Origin: Candidatus Eiseniibacteriota bacterium
Lineage (GTDB): Bacteria; Eisenbacteria; RBG-16-71-46
Assembly (NCBI GenBank): GCA_963717505.1
Contig: OY970342.1
Span: 1,216,001-1,280,000, forward strand
DNA length: 64,000 nucleotides
Direction of reading: 5' to 3'
A program made the translations under genes and the position numbers. Under the pieces are notes generated by a model that ran no database searches, was not told where the DNA came from, and saw only the letters and a list, made by a program, of their open reading frames with translations. Position 1 is the stretch's first letter. Each line of letters opens with the position of its first letter. Shown here one piece after another: positions 55,197-64,000 of the stretch.

Positions 55197-56264
55197 ATGA
55201 GGACGATTGAAGGCAGGTCGCACCTATTGCGGCGCATGGTGGCGGGCGCATTCGCCCTGACGGTCATGCTGACGATCGGGAACGCGCTTGCAGCGATCCC
55301 GACTACTACCGCGTACCACTTTTCATCCCACCCGATGATCTCAGGGACGGTGGTGACGGTAAACGACCACCAGATGGTCGTGAACACCGACCAGGGCGAA
55401 CAGATCACGCTGAACATGGATTCGCACACGATGGCGCCCCGAGATCTTGCACCCGGTATGGTCATGCGCGCCGATTTCGTGGCGCTGGATAACTGTCACT
55501 TCTACGCGCAGCGAATCATGCCGATTCGTAGCGGCATGTCCACGGAACGCCTCCAGGCCTACGCGAACACCAGTGACAGTCCCGAAGCGATTGCGCGCAA
55601 CGCCTCGGCCGTGGGCGGCGATCGCCAGCCAAGCAGTCAGGGTCAGGTAGTTACCGAGAGTTGGGAGCGCTCGTCTCACACGATGGACGAGCATTCACTC
55701 GGTGCGACGGTGACGGCAGGCCCGTCGACCGCCGACTATCAGTTCTCCACCCGGCCGATGATCTCGGGCAGGGTAGTGTCGGTGAACGATCATCGGCTGG
55801 TCGTCGACACCGATCAGGGCCAGCAAGTCGGCATGGTCATGGACTCGCGCACGTTGTTGTCCGGCGAGGTCGCGCCCGGTTCCGACGTGCGTGTCGAGTT
55901 CACGCAGATGAACGACGGTCGCTACTACGCGACGCGACTGAACCTGATCAGTAGCGACGTTGCCGACCGCGAACAGGCATACGCACACACCCGCGACAGC
56001 GACGTGCTGCTCGCCCGGAATTCGTCGGACTGCGGGTATTCGAGCGCCGAAACCGGGAGCGCCGCGATGTCCACCCTGGAGCTTCGCGAGTCCGTCGAAC
56101 CGCAGGACGCGGTCGTTGCTCAGAGTGTTCCGGTGCCGGTGGTCGAAGAGCTGGAGACGCTCCCGCAGACTGCAAGCGAACAGCCGTGGATCTTGCTACT
56201 TGGCCTGCTCGGGTTCCTGCTGGCGGGCCTCATCATGGTCGTGCGTGGTCTCCGGAAGGTTTGA
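55197..56264 (+). CDS. secreted two-repeat protein with LPQTA sorting signal
   Basis: Signal peptide; duplicated PMISG.VV.VNDH..VV.TDQG domain; LPQTA, TM helix, RGLRKV. Confidence 0.85.
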   Translation: MRTIEGRSHLLRRMVAGAFALTVMLTIGNALAAIPTTTAYHFSSHPMISGTVVTVNDHQMVVNTDQGEQITLNMDSHTMAPRDLAPGMVMRADFVALDNCHFYAQRIMPIRSGMSTERLQAYANTSDSPEAIARNASAVGGDRQPSSQGQVVTESWERSSHTMDEHSLGATVTAGPSTADYQFSTRPMISGRVVSVNDHRLVVDTDQGQQVGMVMDSRTLLSGEVAPGSDVRVEFTQMNDGRYYATRLNLISSDVADREQAYAHTRDSDVLLARNSSDCGYSSAETGSAAMSTLELRESVEPQDAVVAQSVPVPVVEELETLPQTASEQPWILLLGLLGFLLAGLIMVVRGLRKV

Positions 56265-56351
56265 TCGCGCATTGCCTCGGCGCGTCCACCCGGTGTTCGG
56301 GCTCGCTCGCCCCCCGGGTGGCACTGCTCCTGTCGCATGCCTACTCGCACC

Positions 56352-57032
56352 ATGACTCGGCACCTTCGGTTCCGCTGGCTGGAGATGGGTTTCCTGGCTC
56401 TCGGGCTGCTTCTTCTCGCGCTATGGTCCAAGACCGACCTCGAGTCGCGCCGGTTCCAGGCGATCGAGGGAGATCGGCTCGAGGCCGCGCTACGCGAGAC
56501 CGAATCCGGACCGTCCGAAGCCGCCGCGAGCAACGCGGCATTCGTCGACTTGCCCGCATCCAACCCGCCGAAGCCTCCAACAGAGCAACGGGGCGTACTC
56601 GGCAGGATCGAGATCCCCCGCCTGCGCATTTCGGCGATCGTCGCCGAGGGCTCGGATGTGAAGACACTCAAGCGCGCCATCGGCCATATTGCATCGACCG
56701 CGCTGCCCGGTGCCCCCGGCAATTGCGCGCTCGCCGGCCATCGCGACACGTTCCTGCGTGGTCTCGGAGGCGCGCGCGTAAACGACCTGATCCGCATCGT
56801 GACGCTCGAGCGCACGTACACCTACCAGGTGGAGTGGTGTGTCGTGGTCGAGCCGCAGCGTGTCGACGTCCTGGATTCGACGGCCACCCGCGCGTTGACG
56901 CTTGTCACCTGCTACCCGTTCAAGTTTGTCGGCCCCGCGCCTCAGCGGTTCGTGGTCCGGGCACGACAGGTCGAAGCCGTCGCGGGGCGCCTGGAAGCCA
57001 CTGCGACCAATGGAGGATTTGGTCATGAATGA
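56352..57032 (+). CDS. class D-like sortase
   Basis: N-terminal TM; GRIEIPRL, LAGHRDTF (His), TLVTCYPF (Cys), RFVVRA (Arg). Confidence 0.93.
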   Translation: MTRHLRFRWLEMGFLALGLLLLALWSKTDLESRRFQAIEGDRLEAALRETESGPSEAAASNAAFVDLPASNPPKPPTEQRGVLGRIEIPRLRISAIVAEGSDVKTLKRAIGHIASTALPGAPGNCALAGHRDTFLRGLGGARVNDLIRIVTLERTYTYQVEWCVVVEPQRVDVLDSTATRALTLVTCYPFKFVGPAPQRFVVRARQVEAVAGRLEATATNGGFGHE

Positions 57033-57125
57033 GAACCCGCAGGTCAAAGGCAAATGCGATTGCTGAACCCCGGCTCTGCCGTGGGATACTTGGAAAGTAG
57101 TCTCCAGTTGCCGAGGGTTACCCAA

Positions 57126-58472
57126 ATGCTCCGAGCGCTTTTCATCGACGATGATGCGGATTTCCTCCTGGGCGTGGCCGAAATTGCCACCAATGAAGGG
57201 TTCGCCGTCACCAGTGTCGGCACACTCAAGGAAGCTCGCGAGCATCTCGCGAGTGGCCCGGCAGACCTGGTCATGATCGACCTGATGCTGCCCGACGGCG
57301 ACGGGATCGGGCTGCTCAGAGAGCTCAAGGAGACGTCCAGTTCCGACGTGATCCTGGTTTCGGGTGTGGCCACGGTCGATTCCGCGATCGAGGCCCTGCG
57401 GCTCGGCGCCCTCGACTACCTCACCAAGCCCTTGGACAACCGGCGCCTGAAGGCGGTGCTCGCTCACGTCCTTCGCTTGCGATCGCTCAAAGAGGAAGTT
57501 GGCACCCTACGAAGTGAGCTCCGCAAGTTTGGCCGCTTCGGCCGGCTGATCGGCATCTCTTCCGCGATGCAGAAGGTGTACGACCAGATGATCAAGGTCG
57601 CGCCGACGGATGCCACGGTTTTCATCACCGGTGAGAGCGGCACCGGCAAGGAGATCGTGGCGCAAACAATCTACGAGCTCAGCAGCCGCCGCCGGGCCCC
57701 ATTCCTCCCATTCGACTGCAGCGCAATCCCTCGGGACTTGATCGAGAGCGAACTGTTGGGCCACGAGCGGGGCAGCTTCACGGGTGCGACCCAGCTGCGG
57801 CGCGGCTGCTTCGAGCGGACGAAGGCGGGTACACTGTTCCTCGACGAGATTACGGAGTTGCCGATTGAACTCCAGGTCAAGTTCCTGCGCGTGCTCGAGT
57901 CAGGGTCCCTGATCCGCGTGGGAGGAGAACAAGCCGTTCCAGTGAATGTGCGCCTGATCGCGGCCTCCAACCGCGATCCCCACGTGGCCTTGCAGGAAGG
58001 CAAGCTGCGGGAGGACCTGTACTATCGGATCAACGTGTTCCCGATCGCCTTGCCGCCCCTTCGCGATCGTGAGGGAGACGCGCTCTTGCTCGCGGACCAT
58101 TTCCTGGAGTCACTCAACGCCTCGGAAGGGACGTCCAAGCGCCTGAGTGCCGCGGCCCGCGACCGCATCCAAGCGCACCCGTGGCGGGGGAACGTGCGCG
58201 AGCTCAAGAACGAGCTGCAGCGAGCCTTCATCATGTCTGAGGGGGTGATCGAGTTCTCGGATTTGAGCGTCGGGCGGGGTCCCGCGCCGTCAAGCCCCAA
58301 GGTGGGAAGCTCGCTCGAGGAGTCCGAGCGCGATCTGATCCTCGCGACCCTGGAGCAGTGCGCCGGTGACAAGAAGAAGGCGGCGCAGATTCTGGGCATC
58401 AATCTCAAGACGCTATACAACCGGCTTCATCTGTACGCCGGTTCCGAGCCCGGGCATCGGGCCCCCTCATGA
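57126..58472 (+). CDS. NtrC-family sigma54-dependent response regulator
   Basis: Receiver domain, GESGTGKE, GSFTGA, LFLDEI, WRGNVREL, Fis-type HTH. Confidence 0.93.
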   Translation: MLRALFIDDDADFLLGVAEIATNEGFAVTSVGTLKEAREHLASGPADLVMIDLMLPDGDGIGLLRELKETSSSDVILVSGVATVDSAIEALRLGALDYLTKPLDNRRLKAVLAHVLRLRSLKEEVGTLRSELRKFGRFGRLIGISSAMQKVYDQMIKVAPTDATVFITGESGTGKEIVAQTIYELSSRRRAPFLPFDCSAIPRDLIESELLGHERGSFTGATQLRRGCFERTKAGTLFLDEITELPIELQVKFLRVLESGSLIRVGGEQAVPVNVRLIAASNRDPHVALQEGKLREDLYYRINVFPIALPPLRDREGDALLLADHFLESLNASEGTSKRLSAAARDRIQAHPWRGNVRELKNELQRAFIMSEGVIEFSDLSVGRGPAPSSPKVGSSLEESERDLILATLEQCAGDKKKAAQILGINLKTLYNRLHLYAGSEPGHRAPS

Positions 58473-58516
58473 GAAGCCGGGGGTGTTAGGTATGAATCGC
58501 GGAAGGTGGACCCACC

Positions 58517-60401
58517 GTGCCTGAATGGTCGTTCCAGCGTCGCCTAATCACCGGAATGGTGTTGATCGGTCTACTGGCGATCCTGGCCAGTGGCGCATCG
58601 TTGTTCGCATCGCGAAGCCTCATCACTAGGATGGCGAGCGTGGCGACGGGCGAGAGCCGCGATCTCGCGGACGCCAGGGCGCTGCAGCTCATCGGTGTCA
58701 AGTGCATTGCGGACGTGCGCGCGTGCCTCCTCACGGGTGGCGCGCAATGGGCCCCTGCGGCAATCGCGGCAAGCTCCCAGTTGCGCACCCTGGCCACGAG
58801 CTTGCAGACGCGGATCGGGGATTCGAAGGGCCTTGCTCTTCTCGACGATGTCGTGGCTGCCGAACGCGCCCACGAGGGCGCGTTCCAGCGCGCGCTGATC
58901 GTCTCGGGCCCTTCCGAGCGCACGCCCGCGGCGTCTTATCTCGAATCGGTCCTGTTGAGCGCTGAACAGCTCGAACGGTCGCTGGCATTGTTCGTGACGC
59001 AACGTCGAATCGGCCAGGATTCGCAGCCTGGCGCCGTCGCGGGCGGCCGTGAGCCGCGCTGAATCCCTCCTGAGCGTCATCACCGTCGCGACGATCTTTC
59101 TATTTGCGCTGTTCTGCTGGTTGATCATTCGCACCCTCAATCGGAGTTACGGGTATCAGTCGTCCGCCCGCAACCTGGCTGAGAAGGGCGAGACCCAGGC
59201 GAACGTGACGCTGTCGGAAGTGGAAGCGGCCAGCCATCTGAAGGACGAATTCTTGGCGACCGTGTCGCACGAACTCCGAAACCCCCTGGCGCCGATCCTG
59301 ACCTGGACACAGTTGCTTCGAAGCGGCACGCTCGACAAGGAAAAAAGCCGGCGTGCGCTGGAAGTCATCGAGCGCAATGTCATCTCTCAGGCCCAGCTCA
59401 TCGACGATCTGGTCGACGTCTCACGCGTCGTGTCCGGAAAATTCCGGCTCGACGTGAAACCGATCGATCTGGTCCCGGTGATCAAGTCTGCGGCGGAATC
59501 GCAAATCCCGGCCAGCGACGCCAAGCACATCCGGCTGCAACTCGTTCTCGATGAACGGGCGGGTTTGATCTCGGGCGATTCGGAGCGCCTCCAGCAGGTC
59601 ATGTGGAACCTGATGTCCAATGCCATCAAGTTCACCCCCAAGGGCGGCAGGGTGCAGGTGGTACTGCAGCGGACGGGGTCGCAGGTAGAGGTTGCGGTCA
59701 GCGACAGCGGCGTCGGTATCGACGGGAATTTTCTGCCGCACGTCTTCGAGCCGTTCCAGCAGGCCACCGGCGGGTCCATGCGACGCCACGGCGGCCTCGG
59801 ACTGGGACTCTCGATTGTGCGCCACATCGTCGAACTACACGGAGGGGAGATCACCGCGGAAAGCGAAGGTGCAGGACTCGGCTCGAAATTCACAGTCAAG
59901 TTCCCGGTGCTGGCGACGGCTGGACGGGTCGCTGAACCGGTGCGCAGGCATCCGATCGCCGGGGACTCAGGTTCAGGGGCCCTGGCCGGGCGGTTGGACG
60001 AAGTCCGCGTGCTGATCGTGGACGATGAACCGAGCGCGAGCGAGGCACTTCTGGAGTTGTTCAATTCCTGCGGCGCGGATGCGCGGATCGCGGGGTCTGC
60101 CGCCGAAGCGCTCGCCGTGTTCGATGTGTGGCAGCCGGACGTCCTGGTCTCCGACATCGCGATGCCCGAGGAAGACGGCTACTCGCTGATCCGAAGGATC
60201 CGCCTGCGCTCCCCTGAGCGAGGTGGCGTTGTTCCCGCAGTGGCGCTGACCGCCTACGCCAAGATCGAAGACCGCGTGACCATCCTGGCCGCCGGATTCC
60301 AGATGTACTTGACGAAACCGGCGGATCCAAGCGAACTGGTCGCGGTGGTGGGCAGCCTCGCGAAGCGCCGAGGGCTGGACGAGCACAGAGTAGCTTTGTA
60401 G
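58517..60401 (+). CDS. hybrid sensor histidine kinase; frameshift between about 59000 and 59060
   Basis: TM and periplasmic part in the first frame; second TM, SHELRNPL, NAIKFT, GLGLGL and receiver in the second. Confidence 0.88.
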
Positions 60402-60584
60402 ACCCGTCACCCTCGCTCCGCCGGATCCAGGTCCACCCAGACGCCCTCGGGTTGGTGATCCGGCCTGTCTCTTGGAGTTCCTTCCTCGGCACCTCGTCGT
60501 GCAGCGCTGAGTTGCGAATCTCGCGCACGGTCCCAACCCGATGGACCTCAGCGGTCTAGACGCGTTTCAGGGTCGCTTTCGCAT

Positions 60585-60604
60585 GCTGGCACCATTCGTG
60601 CGCT
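60585..60604 (+). promoter_or_regulatory. sigma54 promoter
   Basis: Exact 20-bp copy of 52217-52236, upstream of the 60725 operon. Confidence 0.75.
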
Positions 60605-60724
60605 AAGAACCAGATAGCGACCAAATAGCGAACAACGGCGCGACCGTCTTGGCGCGCTTCAGCACCTCCATCGGGCGACATCAAGTCGCTCGTCTATCCC
60701 CAACTGGCCGTAGAGGAGTCCATC

Positions 60725-61294
60725 ATGACCAACAAAGACCTCCGCACGTTTGCGGAGCAGCAGCTCGTGGGAGTCTTCATGCTCGCCACTCTTACGATCG
60801 CAAGCGCGGGCGTGGCGCAGGCGTGGGAGATCATCCCCTCGATCGGCGTCACAAAATCTACGGACACGAACGCCGATGACGCTCAAGGCTTCGGTGGCCT
60901 CGCCGTCCGCGTCCCACTGATGTCGTTTCTCAAGGCCGAGGGTGGAATCGGGTATCGGCAGGATTCCTTTGGCGACGGCGATCTCGCGATCCGCCAGTGG
61001 CCGGTGACGGCCTCGCTCTGGGCCACGCCGCTGCCCATGCTCTACGCCGGCGGTGGCATCGGTTGGTACCGCACCACCTACGACTATGACAGTGCCCTGC
61101 CGATCGAGGACACGACCGATATGCAGATGGGAGTCCACCTGGGTGGCGGCATCAACATGCCGATCGCATCGAACCTCGGCCTCGACCTGAACGGCCGCTA
61201 CATCTTCATGCAGGAAGGCGACGATCTGCAGCTGCCGACGGAGTTCAATCCCAATTTCTGGACGACATCGCTCGGACTCGCGATCAGGTTCTAG
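60725..61294 (+). CDS. outer-membrane beta-barrel protein
   Basis: GAGGAG RBS, AQA signal, LYAGGGIGWY, C-terminal LAIRF. Confidence 0.85.
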   Translation: MTNKDLRTFAEQQLVGVFMLATLTIASAGVAQAWEIIPSIGVTKSTDTNADDAQGFGGLAVRVPLMSFLKAEGGIGYRQDSFGDGDLAIRQWPVTASLWATPLPMLYAGGGIGWYRTTYDYDSALPIEDTTDMQMGVHLGGGINMPIASNLGLDLNGRYIFMQEGDDLQLPTEFNPNFWTTSLGLAIRF

Positions 61295-61297
61295 ACC

Positions 61298-61717
61298 ATG
61301 ACAACTCGAGGAAAGCTGCACCCGTTCCCAAGAACGCTTCGCTTCTGGACGACGATCCTCGTGGTCGTGTCGATGAGTGCGATCGACATCTGCCCGGCGG
61401 TCGCCGGCCTCGCGCCCTCACGCGTCTCGGGTGCGACCAGCATCACCTCGGCACGCGATGCCGACATGCTGATGGCACAGCGAGTACTCGAGCACAAAGT
61501 CGTGGCGCAGAAGCTTCGGGACTACGGGGTGACGCCTGCCGAAGCACAAGTGCGGCTCGCCAGCATGTCCGACGACGACCTGCACACTTTGGCCAGCGCC
61601 TCCAAGGGTTTGCCCAGCGGCGGGGATGGCACCGGCGCGATCATCGGCGTTTTGCTGGTGATCCTTCTGGTCATCGTCATCCTCAAGCTGATGAACCGGG
61701 ATGTGGTGGTGAAATGA
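61298..61717 (+). CDS. PA2779-like protein
   Basis: LRDYGVTPAEAQVRLASMSDDDL..LPSGG followed by a TM helix. Confidence 0.8.
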   Translation: MTTRGKLHPFPRTLRFWTTILVVVSMSAIDICPAVAGLAPSRVSGATSITSARDADMLMAQRVLEHKVVAQKLRDYGVTPAEAQVRLASMSDDDLHTLASASKGLPSGGDGTGAIIGVLLVILLVIVILKLMNRDVVVK

Positions 61718-61769
61718 ACCTCCCGGGTAATCGATGGAGCGCGCGACGGATGCCTCCAAGAGTCACATC

Positions 61770-62591
61770 ATGAACAGTCTGCTCTTGGCGATTCTAATCC
61801 CACTACACTTCACGGCACCCGCGGACACGGTGGGTGTGGGCGCGGGGGCGCTGGTGTACTTGCCGGCGCCTCCGGTCCACGCCTACGTCTTCCACCAGCT
61901 CGATTCGAACGGGACGTTGACGGCGACCCCGGGGTACGCGGACTCGGCTGGAAGCACGATTCTCATCCCCCACGCACCGGGAACGCGGGAAACGGTATGG
62001 CTCACGCCCGGTGCGGATGGCAACCCCGTGACGATCTACATCATGTCGCTCGATGCGGGTGGCAACCTGAGCGCCCCGAGCAACGGATGCGTCATTGGAG
62101 AGCTTTCGATTCCTGCCCAGTTGGCGATGCGCCGCAGGGCCGGGACCGCACTCGATGTGCCTCTCGTGAGGCAGGCGCAAGAACGCAGCGGCCAGGCAGC
62201 GCTCGCGATGGTCTTGAGCTACCACGGGGCCGCCCCCGCCGCGCTTCAGGAGGTGGAAGGCGCATACGATCCGGTTCTTCGTGGCTCGCGTATCACTGAC
62301 CTCGCTGGCGCCGCGCGCCGGGCGGGTTACGAAGCTGCGATCGCAACGCTCACGCCGGACTCGCTGATCTACCTCCTGAGTCATGGCGTGCCGCCGATTG
62401 TGCTCTATGCGTACGGATCCGGACCCGCAACGGGCGGACAGTTTGGCGTAGTCATTGGCTGGGATGCCACCGAGGCGTCTTTCACGCACGACGGTACTTC
62501 GCGTCGGCGCGTGGCGCGCCGCGATGAACTCGTGAAGTGGTGGGAGCCCGCCGGCTCGCAGGCGCTGATCGTCCGGCAGAGGGCCCCCTAG
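61770..62591 (+). CDS. secreted protein with degenerate C39-like domain
   Basis: LDVPLVRQAQERSGQAALAMVL (C to S), GQFGVVIGWD (H to Q); paralog of 51127-51648. Confidence 0.8.
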   Translation: MNSLLLAILIPLHFTAPADTVGVGAGALVYLPAPPVHAYVFHQLDSNGTLTATPGYADSAGSTILIPHAPGTRETVWLTPGADGNPVTIYIMSLDAGGNLSAPSNGCVIGELSIPAQLAMRRRAGTALDVPLVRQAQERSGQAALAMVLSYHGAAPAALQEVEGAYDPVLRGSRITDLAGAARRAGYEAAIATLTPDSLIYLLSHGVPPIVLYAYGSGPATGGQFGVVIGWDATEASFTHDGTSRRRVARRDELVKWWEPAGSQALIVRQRAP

Positions 62592-62651
62592 TCAGCTCTG
62601 ATGGTCGGTCCCGCGCCGACGTGTAGCGCGGCAGGGGATCGACGAGGAAGG

Positions 62652-63338
62652 ATGAACGTCGTGCGAAACAATTTACGTTTCGCGAGTATGTCGGCCCTGG
62701 CCGCTCTGGTGCTGCTGGGGGCGCCGGGATGTGCCATGAACAATGCCAGCAAGGGCGCAATTGTCGGCGCCACCGCCGGCGGCATCGGAGGCGGGGTGAT
62801 CGGCAACCAAACGGGTTCGACGGCGCGGGGTGCAATCATCGGGGCCGTGGTCGGGGGGACGGCGGGAGCGATCATCGGCCAGCAGATGGACCAGCAGGCC
62901 AAGGAGATCGAGCAGAACGTTCCGGGTGCCGTGGTCGAACGAGTCGGCGAGGGCATTCAGGTCACGTTCGCGTCCGGACTGTTGTTCGACTTCGACTCCG
63001 ACGTCGTTCGGAGCAACGCAGCCGGCAACCTGAACGAGTTGGCCAAGAGTCTGAAGAAGTACGACGAAGCGAACCTCATGATCGTGGGTCACACCGACGC
63101 CCTCGGTAGTTCCGAGTACAACCAGGGCCTCTCCGACCGACGCGCCGGGTCGGCGAGTCGCTACCTGACCACGCGAGGAGTCACCCGCCACATCGCCACG
63201 GCGGGACTAGGGGAGCGCGAGCCGATCGGATCGAACACGACGGAATCCGGCCGGCAGCAGAATCGCCGCATCGAGCTCGCGATCTACGCGAGCGCAGCCC
63301 TGCAGGAAGATGCAAGGCGCGAGGCGGGCGGTCGCTGA
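62652..63338 (+). CDS. OmpA-family lipoprotein with glycine zipper (YiaD-like)
   Basis: KGAIVGA..MDQQA..VGHTD..LSDRRA..NRRIE. Confidence 0.92.
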   Translation: MNVVRNNLRFASMSALAALVLLGAPGCAMNNASKGAIVGATAGGIGGGVIGNQTGSTARGAIIGAVVGGTAGAIIGQQMDQQAKEIEQNVPGAVVERVGEGIQVTFASGLLFDFDSDVVRSNAAGNLNELAKSLKKYDEANLMIVGHTDALGSSEYNQGLSDRRAGSASRYLTTRGVTRHIATAGLGEREPIGSNTTESGRQQNRRIELAIYASAALQEDARREAGGR

Positions 63339-63357
63339 ACCGAAAGAATCGAAATCG

Positions 63358-64000
63358 ATGTCCGTGCATCGGCTGATCCCGGCGTGTCGACAGCTACGAG
63401 GGTGCCTGCGTTCCCTGGTGCGGGTGGCCCTCGCCCTCGCCCTCGCCAGTTCGCTCTTGGGCTGTGCCCGGCACGTCGCCCAGGCCGCCGATGATGCCGG
63501 TGCCCCATTACGGAGCCTCGTCGAATCGAGTCGGCATCCCGACCTGCACTGGCCCGCATTTCCTGAGTTCGAGCTCGAGATCGCGCGGCTCTATGAACGC
63601 GCCGCCTGGCGGCCGTTGTGGCTCCGGGGCACGCGGCCCACCGAAGCCGCAACCCAACTGATCGCACACCTGGCAGGCGCCGACAGTCTCGGCCTCGAGC
63701 CTGCGGACTACGACGCAGAGTGGCTCGATCGGGCGGCACGCAAGCTTCTCGCGGAGCGCGGCACGCCGACGCTGGACGAGCTGGCTCGATTCGATCTCGG
63801 ATTGTCGGTGGCCGCCGTGCGCTTCGTTTCGGCGCTGCATCGGGGCCGGGTGAGTCCTCGCGTGGTCTACGCAGAACTCTTCATCCCCCGCGCGTCCCTG
63901 GCCGTCGAGATGGCGGTGGACTCGCTCCGCGATGACAAGCAGCAGGGTTCGATCCTGGAGCGACTGCAACCACGCTTCCTCCACTACCACCTGCTCAAGA
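63358..64000 (+). CDS. YcbB/LdtD-like L,D-transpeptidase, N-terminal part (runs off the window)
   Basis: LLGC lipobox; LYERAAWRPLW..GLEPADY..FDLGLS..LHRGRV scaffold; catalytic domain not in the window. Confidence 0.75.
   Translation, partial: MSVHRLIPACRQLRGCLRSLVRVALALALASSLLGCARHVAQAADDAGAPLRSLVESSRHPDLHWPAFPEFELEIARLYERAAWRPLWLRGTRPTEAATQLIAHLAGADSLGLEPADYDAEWLDRAARKLLAERGTPTLDELARFDLGLSVAAVRFVSALHRGRVSPRVVYAELFIPRASLAVEMAVDSLRDDKQQGSILERLQPRFLHYHLLK

Noticed and set aside
60650-60664. Additional sigma54 site TGGCGCGCTTCAGC
   Set aside because: GG-to-GC spacing is one base short.

Overview
High-GC diderm bacterial DNA. OmpA proteins, beta-barrels, SurA, FlgD/T9SS-like tails and a TWxxIKxxYR tail suggest Ca. 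Eisenbacteria or a related lineage (inference). The left part (1-44 kb) is mostly minus-strand core genes: mfd, two PPIases, ftsEX-envC, holB, ricT/PSP1, RidA, an inverted LytS/LytTR pair, a MoxR-DUF58-BatA module, a secreted S8 peptidase, tandem EEP hydrolases, a three-gene Sdh1-type succinate dehydrogenase, and cysteine dioxygenase with YeiH. At 35.7-36.5 kb is an array of four small two-cysteine hydrophobic peptides, forming two homologous leaderless/secreted pairs; this is the top novelty candidate. The right part (44.4-64 kb) looks more AT-rich and forms a stress/envelope island. It has repeated sigma54 promoters and its own NtrC-type activator, two DUF3494 proteins, a sortase with an LPQTA substrate, a PA2779-like precursor with one active and one dead C39 peptidase, a solo IS3-OrfA-like HTH, and an L,D-transpeptidase. 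About nine genes carry small frameshifts, probably mostly assembly indels. No rRNA, tRNA, CRISPR array or integrase was seen.
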